Source of the DNA: Saccharolobus solfataricus P2
GTDB lineage: Archaea; Thermoproteota; Thermoprotei_A; Sulfolobales; Sulfolobaceae
Assembly: GCF_000007005.1 (NCBI RefSeq)
Contig: NC_002754.1
Reading direction: 5' to 3' (one strand)
Length of the DNA stretch: 64,000 nt
A program made the position numbers and the translations under genes. This document shows positions 19,972 through 30,720 of the stretch, one piece after another (within the stretch, counting starts at the first letter, position 1; each line of letters opens with the position of its first letter). The notes under the pieces are model-generated. The model saw only the letters and a list, made by a program, of their open reading frames with translations, ran no database searches and was not told where the DNA came from.

Positions 19972-21411
19972 TTGCTTAAGCCTTTTTGTGAGAAGATGAG
20001 TATTAAGAGAAAGTCCAAATACACATTAGGTGTTCTTCTACTTGCTTCATTTTTAGCTATTATAATGGGATTAGCAAATGTTCCAATGGCTCAGACTTCT
20101 CCGCAAATTCCCGTTTATAAAGTTGTTGGTAATGCGGATTTGTCAAACCCTGGATCTGCAAGCTATTGGAGCCAAATACCATGGATTAACATTTCATTAA
20201 CAGCTAATATACCAATGGCACCAACCTCTGGACTTACTCATTATCTCTTAGTTAAAGCAGTATGGAATGGATCTTGGATAATAATATTAGAAAGATGGTA
20301 CGCTCCAGAACCCGCATTTGGTGCTTGGTCGGCAGCTGCAGCTGCGCTCTATCCCCCAGCATCTGGTCCAGGTTTGTTTAGGCAAATAATGCTGACACCC
20401 GGTACTACTTATACGATAGAAAAGAATTATACTAATTATTTCTCAATAGTTAATGGAAATATTATACAAGGGAGATTAGTATTAAACTATTCCGGAATCT
20501 TGTTACCAGCTCCAAACGACACACAAATTACTGTACTGTCTAATGGTACAATAATATTATGGCATTCCCCAAGACCAATTGAAGATCTTCTTTATTCAGA
20601 TGGAATGTTTTATGGTTACTATACTAATAACACATGGTATTATCCAGATAGAGCTGCTATAATGTGGTATATGGGTAGCGTAATACCACCTACTAAAGAT
20701 GGGATGAATATAGGTGGTAAAGTGCCTGGTCAAGCATTTGATGGTGTGACTTTTAATGATACCGGAGGCTCTTTAGTACAGCCTGGAGGCGCAGCAAATA
20801 TATGGATGTGGGTATCTGGGGCTACATGGAATAACGCAACTTATGATCCCGCATTTAAAGTGAACTTATGGCAAAATACATCATTAACTGGATTACCTTA
20901 TATAGATCCAGATAATCACGGATTTGCAGTTCCACTATATACTAATAATACTAACATGTATGAAGTAGATACTGCTGGAATATGGTATACGCCAGTAACA
21001 ACAAGTGGATTAAATGGGTCGCTATTCTTTATATGGACTGGGGCAACATATCAGAATGGCTATTGGACAGTGGAATTCGCTAGACCCCTTGCAGTTCCTT
21101 CGGCTTATGCAAAATGGATGCCAAATATAACTGTTGGCAAAACTTATTATGTGGCGTTTGCAGTATGGCAAGGAAAACTTGGTGAAACGTTATTTGACAA
21201 GTCTATTACTTCTAACTTCCTAACATTAGAATTAGTTACTACCCCACCTACTAGCACGACTACCAGTACAATATCTTCCACTTCAGTTACTACTACAACT
21301 AGCATTACCACAGTTACAAGCATACCCTCTACTACAATATATGTCACAATAGTTGGGGTCGTGATAGCTATAATAGCACTCATAATATTATATGTGGTGT
21401 TTAGAAGATGA
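19972..21411 (+). CDS. cbsA: Cytochrome b558/566 subunit A
   Basis: Signal peptide, DOMON-like heme domain ([17 protein letters not shown]), Ser/Thr-rich linker, C-terminal TM; first gene of cbsAB-soxLN-odsN. Likely true start ATG 19996. Confidence 0.9.
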
Positions 21412-22352
21412 AAATGGTAGACGAATTAAAAGGTAATTTAAACTCTTTTTTAATTCTACTTGGTATTTTCAGCTTTTTACAATTTTCATTTAAACAGTCC
21501 TTTATGTTTCCCTCCATTCTGCCTCTTAATATTCCTGATTCAAATTTACTTCTTGTTATAGGGAATATCTCGTTCTACTTTTTCTTCGTATTTCTGTTGA
21601 TAGTTAGTATGATCTTATCCCTCACTTATAAGTCATTAATACCCCTTACAATTATATTGACAATTTCACCCTTTATTACATTAATACCTAATTACGAGAA
21701 CTCTTTCTTGTTATATTCGTTAGAAATAGCCATTCTCATATTAGGATTAGCAAGCACTATTGAAGGCTTAATTAAATCCTCATTGTTGTCAATTCTATTA
21801 ATTCCTACGTTAGTTTTAGTAAATCTTGGAATATATGCATCAATACTTCTTAATATATTTCATAACGCATTATTCATAAGCTACCTCACGATATACTTAA
21901 TTTCTATTGCCGGGTATTTGGCATACGTGATATCATGGGGCAAGATTAAATCCTTAAGAAACTATATAGCGATCTCAGTTGGACTCCTTTCAATGATACC
22001 ATTTATATTTTTTGAAAATATAATAAGCCATAATAGATACTTGGAAATTTTAATGAACATGATACTACCGTCCACCTTGGGGATAACCTTGTACAATCCT
22101 TATCATATTACTCTCTTAGTTATGGCATTAGGTTTAAGTACAATGGGTATTGTTACATCCTTAATAAAGGGTAATGTTAGCTCAGGCGTCGGATACTTTT
22201 TAATTATTACTACTGTTTTTCTTGGAATTGATGGTTTCTCATTATTAATATATATGTTGACTCCAATAATAGGTTTTTTAGTAATTACTTCAAGTGAAAT
22301 TGAGAGTAAAAGACGTTTAATTGATATCATAAGTCCAACGAGAAATGGATAA
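21408..22352 (+). CDS. cbsB: Cytochrome b558/566 subunit B
   Basis: Very hydrophobic 314 aa, ATGA overlap with cbsA stop; position in known cluster. Confidence 0.85.
22327..22340 (+). promoter_or_regulatory. Motif TCATAAGTCCAACG, copy 2 (in cbsB 3' end, upstream of soxL)
   Basis: Exact match; 16-nt identity with copy 1 (ATCATAAGTCCAACGA). Confidence 0.7.
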
Positions 22353-22388
22353 AAGCAATATTTTACTATTTATTTTTTGTGATTCAAA

Positions 22389-23357
22389 ATGATAAGGTTT
22401 AAGTCAGATAAAGAGGATAAGCCTATCCTGGAGTATCCTGATCTAGCGTTTATTAGAAAATTAATTAGAAAAATGAGAGATCCTAAGACAAAATTTGATG
22501 CAAAAGAATTTGTAAACAAAGGTGAAGACTACCTATTTAACTACACAAATAAGAACGTTGGAAGTGTGGACGAGAAGAGACGGAAATTTCTCAAATCATT
22601 AATCTTTGGGATAGCTGCTGCTGCGGTAGTTGGTGTTATACCAGGACTTAAAGTATTGGTCCCTCCAACAGTTACAGTTACCAGTGGTTTTCCTAAGTCC
22701 TTGCTAGTGGACTCTTCTGGAAGTCCAATTAAGGCATCAGAAATTCCAGTTAATAGTCCATTTATAATTATATTTGAATATCCGATGACAGGCGAACCTA
22801 ACTTTCTAATAAATTTAGGCGACTCCACGGGAAAACCCATTGAAATACCTTCTACATCTGTAGTGGTTCCTCAAACTGGTAAAACCTATACTTTTCCAGG
22901 AGGTGTTGGACCTAATAAGTCAATAGTAGCTTATTCTGCAATATGTCAACACTTAGGATGTACGCCACCTTATATTCACTTCTACCCCCCACAATATGTA
23001 GGCCCATCACAGTTAACTGCATCTGAACCAGACCAACTCACGGCAGCAGCATTATTAGCAGCTAAACAGGCTAAGGTCCCAGCTTTAATACATTGTGATT
23101 GTCACGGTTCTACTTATGATCCATATCATGGAGCTGCCGTATTAACCGGACCTACCGTTAGGCCATTGCCTGCAGTAGTATTAGAATGGGATCCATCAAC
23201 TGACTACTTATACGCCATAGGTGCTGTTGGAGTAGCAACTTATCCAAATGGAAGCAATGGAGTACCTACAAGTAATCCTACTGACGATTTAAGCTCAAGT
23301 TTCGGTAGCTCCGTTAGCGATAAAACTACAGTGCAAGAAACTGAGAATCCTTTTTAG
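22389..23357 (+). CDS. soxL: Rieske iron-sulfur protein
   Basis: KRRKFLKS TAT-like anchor, Rieske boxes CQHLGC and CDCHGS. Confidence 0.93.
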   Translation: MIRFKSDKEDKPILEYPDLAFIRKLIRKMRDPKTKFDAKEFVNKGEDYLFNYTNKNVGSVDEKRRKFLKSLIFGIAAAAVVGVIPGLKVLVPPTVTVTSGFPKSLLVDSSGSPIKASEIPVNSPFIIIFEYPMTGEPNFLINLGDSTGKPIEIPSTSVVVPQTGKTYTFPGGVGPNKSIVAYSAICQHLGCTPPYIHFYPPQYVGPSQLTASEPDQLTAAALLAAKQAKVPALIHCDCHGSTYDPYHGAAVLTGPTVRPLPAVVLEWDPSTDYLYAIGAVGVATYPNGSNGVPTSNPTDDLSSSFGSSVSDKTTVQETENPF

Positions 23358-23371
23358 TCATAAGTCCAACG
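23358..23371 (+). promoter_or_regulatory. Motif TCATAAGTCCAACG, copy 3 (immediately after soxL stop, upstream of soxN)
   Basis: Exact match directly after TAG 23355-23357. Confidence 0.7.
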
Positions 23372-23390
23372 TTTAATACTTTTTACCTTT

Positions 23391-25019
23391 TTGACTTCAT
23401 TTATTCTTATGAGCTCTAAATTATCAGATTGGTTTAAGGAGAGATTAGGACTAGATGATCTACCCTTCTTCAGAACTCCAGATTATATGTATAAAGTAGA
23501 CTATTGGCTAGGTGCGCTAGTAGCTTCTGCGTTCATTTACACCGTAATAACTGGGCTTATCCTTTTGTTATATTATAATGCCCAGGCTGGATACAATTCA
23601 ACGGAGTTCGTCATAAATAGTGTACCATATGGTTCGGTTGTGCTTTACAGTCATTTATATGGTGCATATGCTATGATAATTCTAGCCTATATTCACATGT
23701 TTAGGAATTATTTCGCTGGAGCCTATAAGAAGCCTAGGGAACTATTATGGATAATTGGAGTTATAATGCTTATACTTACTTTGGGTACCGCGTTCTTAGG
23801 ATATAGTTTAATAGGTGATGCGTTGGCAACTAGTGCTGTGGATGTTGGAGAAGGTATAATTAGTAGTGTACCAGGACTTTCCATCTTTATTCCGTTTCTA
23901 TTTGGGAATTATGATGCTGGGGATTACGGTAGGGTATTAGCATGGCACATAATACTTACCGCATTAATAGGCTTACTATTCGTCTTTCACTTCTTCTTAG
24001 CAGAACATTACGGAATGATGCCTTCTAGGAAAGTTAAGGATAAAGTACCAGCGGTATACGCAAAAGAAGAGTGGCAGAAATTCAATCCATGGTGGCCTAG
24101 GAATTTCGTTTATATGATGTCTTTAATATTCTTAACTTGGGGATTCATACTCATAATACCAAATGCCTTCGCATACCTTAATGGATTACCACAACAACTG
24201 AATCCATTCTTAAATCCAAAACCAGCTCCTCCACCAAACAGTCCAGCTGCTGCGCATATAACAACTTATCCACCATGGTTCTTCTTGTTCTTATACAAGA
24301 TAGCGGACTTCACGAGTGATGTAGTAATATTCTTATTTATTGGCGTGATTATTCCACTAATATATCTTATCATAGTGCCATTCTTGGATAGAACAGAATA
24401 CTTGCATCCAATGAAGAGGAAGGTATTCGTAGGGATAGGTATTCTAATTGTAACTTACTTAACACAAACAACCATATGGGGTGACTTAACACCTGGTGTA
24501 GAGATTCCAGTTAGTCAACAAGTTTTAGTATATTTACCACCAGCAATAATAGTAGCTTTAGGGCTTGCTGCCATTAGACCAAAAACGGATAATAAAGGGA
24601 ATATTAAAGGGACAATAGGTCCCATAACAGCATTAGCATTTATCTTAGTTTCATCTCTGTTTATCATAGCTGGAATCGAGCTACTAGCTAACCCTACAAT
24701 TTTAACGGTTGGAGTATTTATTCCTATTGCAGGAATATTTATACTAACTACTAAAAAGATTGCACCTATAGCACTAAATGCGGAACAAAGAAGTGAGAAT
24801 GCATCAGTGAGTGAAGAAAGAGCACCAGAGTGGAAGAAGAAACTGGCAGAAGGCTTAGTGGCATTGCTATTCATTTACGCAATAATATTGGCAGCGCAAA
24901 TATGGACTATACCAGCTACTGGATACTTCTCTAATTTATTTGGTATAGATTTAGGGCTAATCCTCCTAATGCTAGGTGAGGGTATCTCCCTATATCATTA
25001 CGTGATATATAGGAAATAG
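23391..25019 (+). CDS. soxN: Cytochrome b of bc-type complex
   Basis: Heme His in SHLYGA, HMFRNY, AWHI, VFHFF; YPPWFFLF PEWY-equivalent; likely start ATG 23409. Confidence 0.93.
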   Translation: MTSFILMSSKLSDWFKERLGLDDLPFFRTPDYMYKVDYWLGALVASAFIYTVITGLILLLYYNAQAGYNSTEFVINSVPYGSVVLYSHLYGAYAMIILAYIHMFRNYFAGAYKKPRELLWIIGVIMLILTLGTAFLGYSLIGDALATSAVDVGEGIISSVPGLSIFIPFLFGNYDAGDYGRVLAWHIILTALIGLLFVFHFFLAEHYGMMPSRKVKDKVPAVYAKEEWQKFNPWWPRNFVYMMSLIFLTWGFILIIPNAFAYLNGLPQQLNPFLNPKPAPPPNSPAAAHITTYPPWFFLFLYKIADFTSDVVIFLFIGVIIPLIYLIIVPFLDRTEYLHPMKRKVFVGIGILIVTYLTQTTIWGDLTPGVEIPVSQQVLVYLPPAIIVALGLAAIRPKTDNKGNIKGTIGPITALAFILVSSLFIIAGIELLANPTILTVGVFIPIAGIFILTTKKIAPIALNAEQRSENASVSEERAPEWKKKLAEGLVALLFIYAIILAAQIWTIPATGYFSNLFGIDLGLILLMLGEGISLYHYVIYRK

Positions 25020-25030
25020 GGCGGTCCTTT

Positions 25031-25324
25031 ATGATTAATGTTGGTTTTTATTATAAGGTTAAGAGAGGTTTTGAGAAGGATTTTGAGAATAAGTTTAAGG
25101 AAGTTTTAAGTTATTTGAGGGCTAATGCTGATGGTTTTGTTGATGCGAAACTTTACAAGAATGTTGATGAACCATCGGAGTATTTGATTTACAGTGTTTG
25201 GAGAGATTTGGATTCGTTTAAGAAATTCGTTTCCAGTAGTGCGTATAAGAATACTGTAAATTACGGTAAGAGTATTATTGAGAGTAAACCAATACATAGA
25301 ATACTACAAGAAATAAATGATTGA
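25031..25324 (+). CDS. odsN: ABM/IsdG-like monooxygenase domain protein downstream of soxN
   Basis: YKVKRGFEKDFE...GFVDAKLY...YLIYSVW ABM pattern; position after soxN. Confidence 0.8.
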   Translation: MINVGFYYKVKRGFEKDFENKFKEVLSYLRANADGFVDAKLYKNVDEPSEYLIYSVWRDLDSFKKFVSSSAYKNTVNYGKSIIESKPIHRILQEIND

Positions 25325-25328
25325 CAAA

Positions 25329-25458
25329 TGCTTAGTTGGCTTGTTGAATGTTTTCCACTGAACTACTATCATTTCCCTTTCAATTAATCTCAAGATGTCC
25401 AATTTCTGTTTGTAAATCCTCTTAACTCTTGGTGAAAATTCAAAAAGTCCATAAAGCA
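25329..25458. mobile_element. MITE, 130 bp, inverted homolog of 2002-2131
   Basis: Ungapped alignment to 2002-2131 (about 70% identity, shared CTTGAGATTAATTGAAAGG); TIRs present; TSD decayed. Confidence 0.8.
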
Positions 25459-25580
25459 ATGATAAAGTAAGATTTTTTGATTCCCATATTCTTTATCATA
25501 AGAAGCTTTATTTAATATAAGTGTTTAAGCGTGAAGATTCTAATATAAAGTTTATTAATATAAATAACACATATTAACAT

Positions 25581-25859
25581 ATGGCAGAAATAGACAAAAT
25601 ATTAAAAAATCTTGGCGTAGGAGAGTTGAGGTTTTGGGTTAGCGGCGTATATTGTAATAATTGCGTTAATAGAATTCATAGAGCGTTGAAGACCATAAGC
25701 GGTGTAGAGAGTGTCGAAGTTAAACCGGACTTTAAGGAACTTAAGGCTCTGGTAATACTAAAATATAGGGGAGAAGTGAGTAAAAAAGATATCGAGGAAG
25801 TCCTCTCTGAAACTTCAGATGAGACTCCTTATCATGAGTATAAGCCAATTTGGGAGTAG
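25581..25859 (+). CDS. Heavy-metal-associated (HMA) domain protein, CopZ/MerP-like
   Basis: VSGVYCNNCVNRIHRALKTISGVESVEV motif; TATA-like TTTATTAA about 25 bp upstream. Confidence 0.85.
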   Translation: MAEIDKILKNLGVGELRFWVSGVYCNNCVNRIHRALKTISGVESVEVKPDFKELKALVILKYRGEVSKKDIEEVLSETSDETPYHEYKPIWE

Positions 25860-25866
25860 AAAGTTA

Positions 25867-26126
25867 TCATAGCCTCCACAATTTTTTGTCTACCCTCCTC
25901 AATTCCTTTTTCTTCTAAACACTTATAGTAGTGTTTACCCGTGGCGTAACTTCTGCTTACTTTTAACCACTTCTAATTCCGCCACGGGCACCCCTCTTGA
26001 GGGCTCATACACACTCACCCTCAACTCATTGGGGCTAGTCGAGGGAAACACCACTACCCTCCCATCCGTATTTGTCGCTCCCAATACCTCGTGAGCATAG
26101 CCCGTCATCAGTATGGAGTTCATCAA
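25867..26126 (-). pseudogene. GC-rich small gene, probably frameshifted; function unknown
   Basis: 63-aa ORF continues in another frame as RSYATGKHYYKCLEEKELRRVDKKLWRL* (TGA 25867-25869); locally higher GC than flanks. Confidence 0.4.
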
Positions 26127-26205
26127 TTTATAATGTAGAGGAAATAATATATAAACATAATCATAATAAAGATCATATTGTGAAATGATTAAAAGTATTT
26201 AAAAG

Positions 26206-26562
26206 TTATGCAAATGTGTTACAGTCTTTCTTATCCCTACATAAGTTTTCAGCTCTTCTCATGATTTTCTCTCCCTCATTTATTAAATTACCTAACGCTG
26301 TAGCCTTTGATGCTATTAGTCCTTTTATTGTGTCTACAACTTCCCTAAGTTTATTTATTGCCTCACTAGAATAAGTCCCGTAATTGCTTACGACTATAAT
26401 GAATTCATCACACACATCTAACCTTATTTTATCGCATATATGAAAAGATATGTGTTCTTCTGGGTAAAGGTATAGGATAGGTTGAGCCTTAATCATTAAG
26501 GCCGTATTTCTTCTATGACATATTGGGCATCTAAAGTTGGTTATCATATAATAGAACTGCAA
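26206..26562 (-). CDS. Hypothetical protein with CxxC/H motif (possibly truncated remnant)
   Basis: 118 aa, RCPICH, helical C-terminus; start uncertain. Confidence 0.4.
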   Translation of the reverse strand: MQFYYMITNFRCPICHRRNTALMIKAQPILYLYPEEHISFHICDKIRLDVCDEFIIVVSNYGTYSSEAINKLREVVDTIKGLIASKATALGNLINEGEKIMRRAENLCRDKKDCNTFA

Positions 26563-26806
26563 TAAGTAGTCTAAATAAGTTAATGAGGCAAATTAGAGTG
26601 TTCTAAGATAGATTTAAATGACTCGTTTAGGATTATCATCATTGCTTATATTCGTCTAATTATTTTTGCCATAAACTCCATATAGTGTTGTTGGAACCAC
26701 TTAGACAGCTAACTAAGGATACGAGTAAGGTCTGCCACTTATTGCTAGTAGTATCATGAACTCAATAAATTAAAAGACTTATTAGAATAAAATGCGATAA
26801 ATATTT

Positions 26807-28330
26807 ATGGATTCAACAATAATGGACTACAATCTCAATATAAGGTCTATATTTTGGAGAATAGAAAAACTATATAAAGATAGGGAGATTATATCTAGAA
26901 CGTATGAGGGGATAGTTCATTACACATATTCTGATTTCGCATTAAGGGTTAGGAAGCTAGCGACTTTCTTGAAGACTAATGGTATAGCGGGAGAAGCAGT
27001 TGCCTCAATAGCGTGGAATACTCATAGACACTTGGAGTTATACTTTGCAGTTCCTTTATTAGGTGGAGTCTTGCATACAGTTAATGTAAGGTTTCATGAG
27101 TCTGAAATGGATTACGTAATTAAATCAATGGGAGACAAAGCGATATTCATGGACAAGGATATAAATTACAAGAATTCCACCTTACCCACTTTCATTTTTG
27201 ATGAAAGGTATGATGAAGATGTAAATTCACAAGAATCGACTAGTGATTTTCCTGATGTAGATGAAAGGCAAGGTGCCATAGCTTGCTTTACCTCAGGTAC
27301 AACTGGAAAGCCTAAGGGAGTCATATATAGCCATAGGAGTGTATTTATCCACTCACTATCACTATTAGCTGCTGACGCACTAGGTATTTCCTCTTCTGAT
27401 ACAGTAATGCCTATAGTCCCAATGTTTCACATATCAGCATGGGACTTGCCATTTTCCTCCCTAATGACTGGAGCAAAATTAGTTTTACCCGGTCCTAGGC
27501 CTAAGGCAGAGGATATAGTGAAATTGATAAAAGAATTTAAGGTCACGGTGGGAGTAGGAGCACCTACTGTCTGGATTGATGTAGTAAATTATGTGGAAAG
27601 AGAGAATGTGGACCTACCACTAAAGGTCGTAGTGACTGGGGGTGCTGAGCCACCATTAGGATTGATCAAGAAACTGAAGGAACTGGGAGTTAAGACTTAT
27701 CACGCGTGGGGAATGACTGAAACTGAGGCAATAGCTACAGTAAACAAGAGCGATAATATAGAGAGAATGTCGGAACAAGGCTATCCAATTCCAGCATTTG
27801 AGATTGCATTAATGGGGCCAGAGGGAAACGAGTTACCTTGGGATGGAAAATCGACAGGTGAGTTAGTGGCAAGAGGTGCATTCGTAACCAAAAAATATCT
27901 TAACGATAAATCCGATGCACAAACTAAGTGGTTTAGGACTGGAGATGTGGCAAGGATAAACCCTGATGGAAGTGTGAAAGTTATAGACAGATTAAAGGAT
28001 TTAATCAAAAGTGGTGGGGAGTGGATAAGTAGTGTTGACCTAGAAAACGCCATTATGTCATATGAAAAAGTATTGGAGGCTGTTGTGGTTGGAGTTAAGG
28101 ATGAGAGGTGGGGGGAGAGACCAATTGCTCTTGTTGTAAAGAAGCCTGGAATGGACGTTAATGAATATGAAATTATAGAGTATTTAAAGTCTTTAAATAG
28201 ATTTCCAAAGTGGTGGTTGCCAGATAAGATAATATTCGTGGATTCCATACCTAAAACTAGTACTGGAAAACTAGATAAGAAACTAGTGAGGGAGCAGTTA
28301 AGATCAATGTTAGAAGAGAAGAAGTATTAA
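26807..28330 (+). CDS. Fatty-acid--CoA ligase (AlkK/FadD-like AMP-forming)
   Basis: FTSGTTGKPKG, AWGMTET, FRTGD, DRLKDLIKSGGE, PKTSTGK motifs. Confidence 0.95.
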   Translation: MDSTIMDYNLNIRSIFWRIEKLYKDREIISRTYEGIVHYTYSDFALRVRKLATFLKTNGIAGEAVASIAWNTHRHLELYFAVPLLGGVLHTVNVRFHESEMDYVIKSMGDKAIFMDKDINYKNSTLPTFIFDERYDEDVNSQESTSDFPDVDERQGAIACFTSGTTGKPKGVIYSHRSVFIHSLSLLAADALGISSSDTVMPIVPMFHISAWDLPFSSLMTGAKLVLPGPRPKAEDIVKLIKEFKVTVGVGAPTVWIDVVNYVERENVDLPLKVVVTGGAEPPLGLIKKLKELGVKTYHAWGMTETEAIATVNKSDNIERMSEQGYPIPAFEIALMGPEGNELPWDGKSTGELVARGAFVTKKYLNDKSDAQTKWFRTGDVARINPDGSVKVIDRLKDLIKSGGEWISSVDLENAIMSYEKVLEAVVVGVKDERWGERPIALVVKKPGMDVNEYEIIEYLKSLNRFPKWWLPDKIIFVDSIPKTSTGKLDKKLVREQLRSMLEEKKY

Positions 28331-28373
28331 ATGGACGCTTAATACTTATAAGTAGAGAAGGAGAACTAATACT

Positions 28374-29330
28374 ATGCAATATACTATTCACGCTAAAACT
28401 CACAACAAATGGGATAATTCTTTACCTCCAATTTTGACAATAAGTGATGGAGATATTATCACAGTGGAGACTAAAGAAGCCTCTGATGGCCAAGTTACGC
28501 CTTCATCTACAGAAAAGGATCTCCTAAAACTGGACTTTTCTAAAATTCATCCATTAACTGGTCCCATAGAGGTAAAGGGTGCAGAACCCGGAGATGCTTT
28601 AGAAGTGGAGTTCTTAGAGTTTAGGCATAAGGGTTGGGGATGGACTGGAGTACTTCCGGGGTTTGGATTTCTTGCTGACGAGCAATATACTGCGCCCATA
28701 GATCTCCAAGGGCCAGCTCTCAAGATTTGGAAAGTAGACGAAAAATATGCTTATGCGAAGTTTGGTGATTTAAACGTTAAAGTTCCCATATACCCTTTCC
28801 CAGGTGTTATAGGCACCGGCTTACCTTTTAGGGGAAAACTGAGTACTATACCTCCTAGGGAAAATGGAGGGAATATGGATATAAAGCACTTAACTGTAGG
28901 CACGAAGTTATATCTCCCAGTGTTTGTGAATGGAGCACTACTTTCCATAGGTGATACCCACTTAGCTCAAGGTGATGGTGAGGTCTGCGGAACTGCAATA
29001 GAGGCACCTATGGAGGTTACAGTGAAGGTTAGATTAATTAAAAATGTTGGTCTAACTCAACCGCTTTTCGTTACGAAAAAAGTAAAAGAAATGGAGTATG
29101 ACGAATATATAGCGTACCCAGGTATAGATTCTAACTTGTGGAATGCGACAAAAAAGGCAATTAAAGGAATAATCTCCATTTTATCCAAATATATGGCTCC
29201 AGTAGAGGCTTACATATTAGCTAGTGTGGTAGTGAATCTTAGGGTTAGTGAGGTAGTTGATGTACCTAACTGGATAGTAACAGCGTATTTACCAAAGAAT
29301 GTCTTCGACGTAAACGTGGAGGTATTATAA
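28374..29330 (+). CDS. Acetamidase/formamidase family protein
   Basis: HPLTGPIEV.GAEPGD, GGNMD, GDTHLAQGDGEVCGTAIE motifs. Confidence 0.95.
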   Translation: MQYTIHAKTHNKWDNSLPPILTISDGDIITVETKEASDGQVTPSSTEKDLLKLDFSKIHPLTGPIEVKGAEPGDALEVEFLEFRHKGWGWTGVLPGFGFLADEQYTAPIDLQGPALKIWKVDEKYAYAKFGDLNVKVPIYPFPGVIGTGLPFRGKLSTIPPRENGGNMDIKHLTVGTKLYLPVFVNGALLSIGDTHLAQGDGEVCGTAIEAPMEVTVKVRLIKNVGLTQPLFVTKKVKEMEYDEYIAYPGIDSNLWNATKKAIKGIISILSKYMAPVEAYILASVVVNLRVSEVVDVPNWIVTAYLPKNVFDVNVEVL

Positions 29331-30667
29331 CAGACGGGGGTTCAAAGGGGGCGGAAAACTTCGCCTCTTCAAGATGGATCCCTTTGTAGAAAAGTTAAAA
29401 ATAGGAAAATAACGAAATACACATCAATGCCCACCTTAGGGTTTCGCTTCCGTGCATACACTGACGAACAAACCCTTAGGGCGTTAAAGGCCCAGTTGAA
29501 GTTAGCGTGCAAAATCTACAACACCTTAAGGTGGGCAGACATATACTTTTACCAAAGGGATGGGAAAGGACTTACGCAGACTGAGTTAAGACAGTTGGCT
29601 CTAGATCTGAGAAAACAAGATGATGAGTATAAGCAACTCTACTCGCAAGTAGTTCAACAAATAGCCGACCGTTATTACGAAGCTAAGAAGAGGTTTTTCG
29701 AAGGTTTAGCACGTTTCCCGAAAGAAAAGAAACCTCACAAATACTACTCCCTTGTCTATACGCAAAGCGGTTGGAAAATACTTCACGTTAGAGAAATAAG
29801 AAAAGGAAGCAAGAAGAATAAGAAGAAACTAATAACGCTTAAACTATCAAATCTTGGTACGTTCAAGGTAATAGTTCACCGAGACTTTCCCCTTGACAAA
29901 GTAAAGAGGGTAGTAGTGAAGCTAACAAGATCTGAGAGGATTTACATCACTTTCGTAGTAGAAGGTTACGAATTCCCCAAGTTACCTAACACTGGTAAGG
30001 TAGTGGCGATAGATGTTGGTGTAGAAAAGTTGTTAGTAACGCCGGATGGTGAATATTTTCCTAATTTGAGACCTCTTGAAAAGGCGTTATGGAAAGTGAA
30101 GCATCTACACAGAGAACTTTCAAGGAAGAAGTTCCTCTCTAATAATTGGTTTAAGGCTAAGGTTAAGCTTGCTAGGGCTTATGAGCATTTGAAGAACCTG
30201 AGGAGTGATCTTTACATGAAGTTGGGTAAGTGGTTTGCTGAGCATTATGACGTTGTGGTGATGGAGGGTATTCACGCTAAACAACTTGTGGGTAAGTCCT
30301 TGAGGTCTCTGAGGAGGAGGCTGAGTGATGTGGGATTTGGTGAGTTGAGGGATGTGCTGAAGTATCAGCTGGAAAAATACGGAAAGAAACTCATCCTAGT
30401 TAATCCTGCATACACTTCCAAAACTTGTGCTAGGTGCGGGTATGTGAAAAATGACTTGTCTCTATCTGATCGTGTTTTCGTTTGTCCCAACTGTGGTTGG
30501 ATTGCAGATCGTGACTATAATGCTTCTCTTAACATTTTGAAGGGTGCGGGGTCGGAGCGATCCTTAGTGCCTGTGGAACTCCGCCCTCTACCAGTACCAG
30601 CACTTCGGTACTGGCATGGCAGAGCTGTGAAGCAGGAAGCTCCCTCATTTATGAGGGGGTAGCTCAC
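29331..30667 (+). mobile_element. IS200/IS605-family tnpB-only element (ISC1316-like), copy 2, 1337 bp
   Basis: Same ends as copy 1; inserted directly after the acetamidase stop codon (TTA TAA). Confidence 0.9.
29427..30662 (+). CDS. tnpB: RNA-guided endonuclease TnpB
   Basis: 411 aa; RuvC D/E/D and CxxC...CxxC intact. Confidence 0.95.
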   Translation: MPTLGFRFRAYTDEQTLRALKAQLKLACKIYNTLRWADIYFYQRDGKGLTQTELRQLALDLRKQDDEYKQLYSQVVQQIADRYYEAKKRFFEGLARFPKEKKPHKYYSLVYTQSGWKILHVREIRKGSKKNKKKLITLKLSNLGTFKVIVHRDFPLDKVKRVVVKLTRSERIYITFVVEGYEFPKLPNTGKVVAIDVGVEKLLVTPDGEYFPNLRPLEKALWKVKHLHRELSRKKFLSNNWFKAKVKLARAYEHLKNLRSDLYMKLGKWFAEHYDVVVMEGIHAKQLVGKSLRSLRRRLSDVGFGELRDVLKYQLEKYGKKLILVNPAYTSKTCARCGYVKNDLSLSDRVFVCPNCGWIADRDYNASLNILKGAGSERSLVPVELRPLPVPALRYWHGRAVKQEAPSFMRG

Positions 30668-30687
30668 CAGTAGGAATAACTACTACG
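30500..30687 (+). ncRNA. Putative omegaRNA of TnpB copy 2; boundaries approximate
   Basis: Same hairpins as copy 1; predicted guide CAGTAGGAATAACTAC... from right flank. Confidence 0.5.
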
Positions 30688-30720
30688 TTAGGCTTTTTAA
30701 TAGCGCTATTTGCGGCTAAT

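Noticed and set aside
21240-21340. Thr/Ser-rich low-complexity repeat in cbsA
   Set aside because: Ordinary glycosylated linker of Sulfolobus surface proteins.
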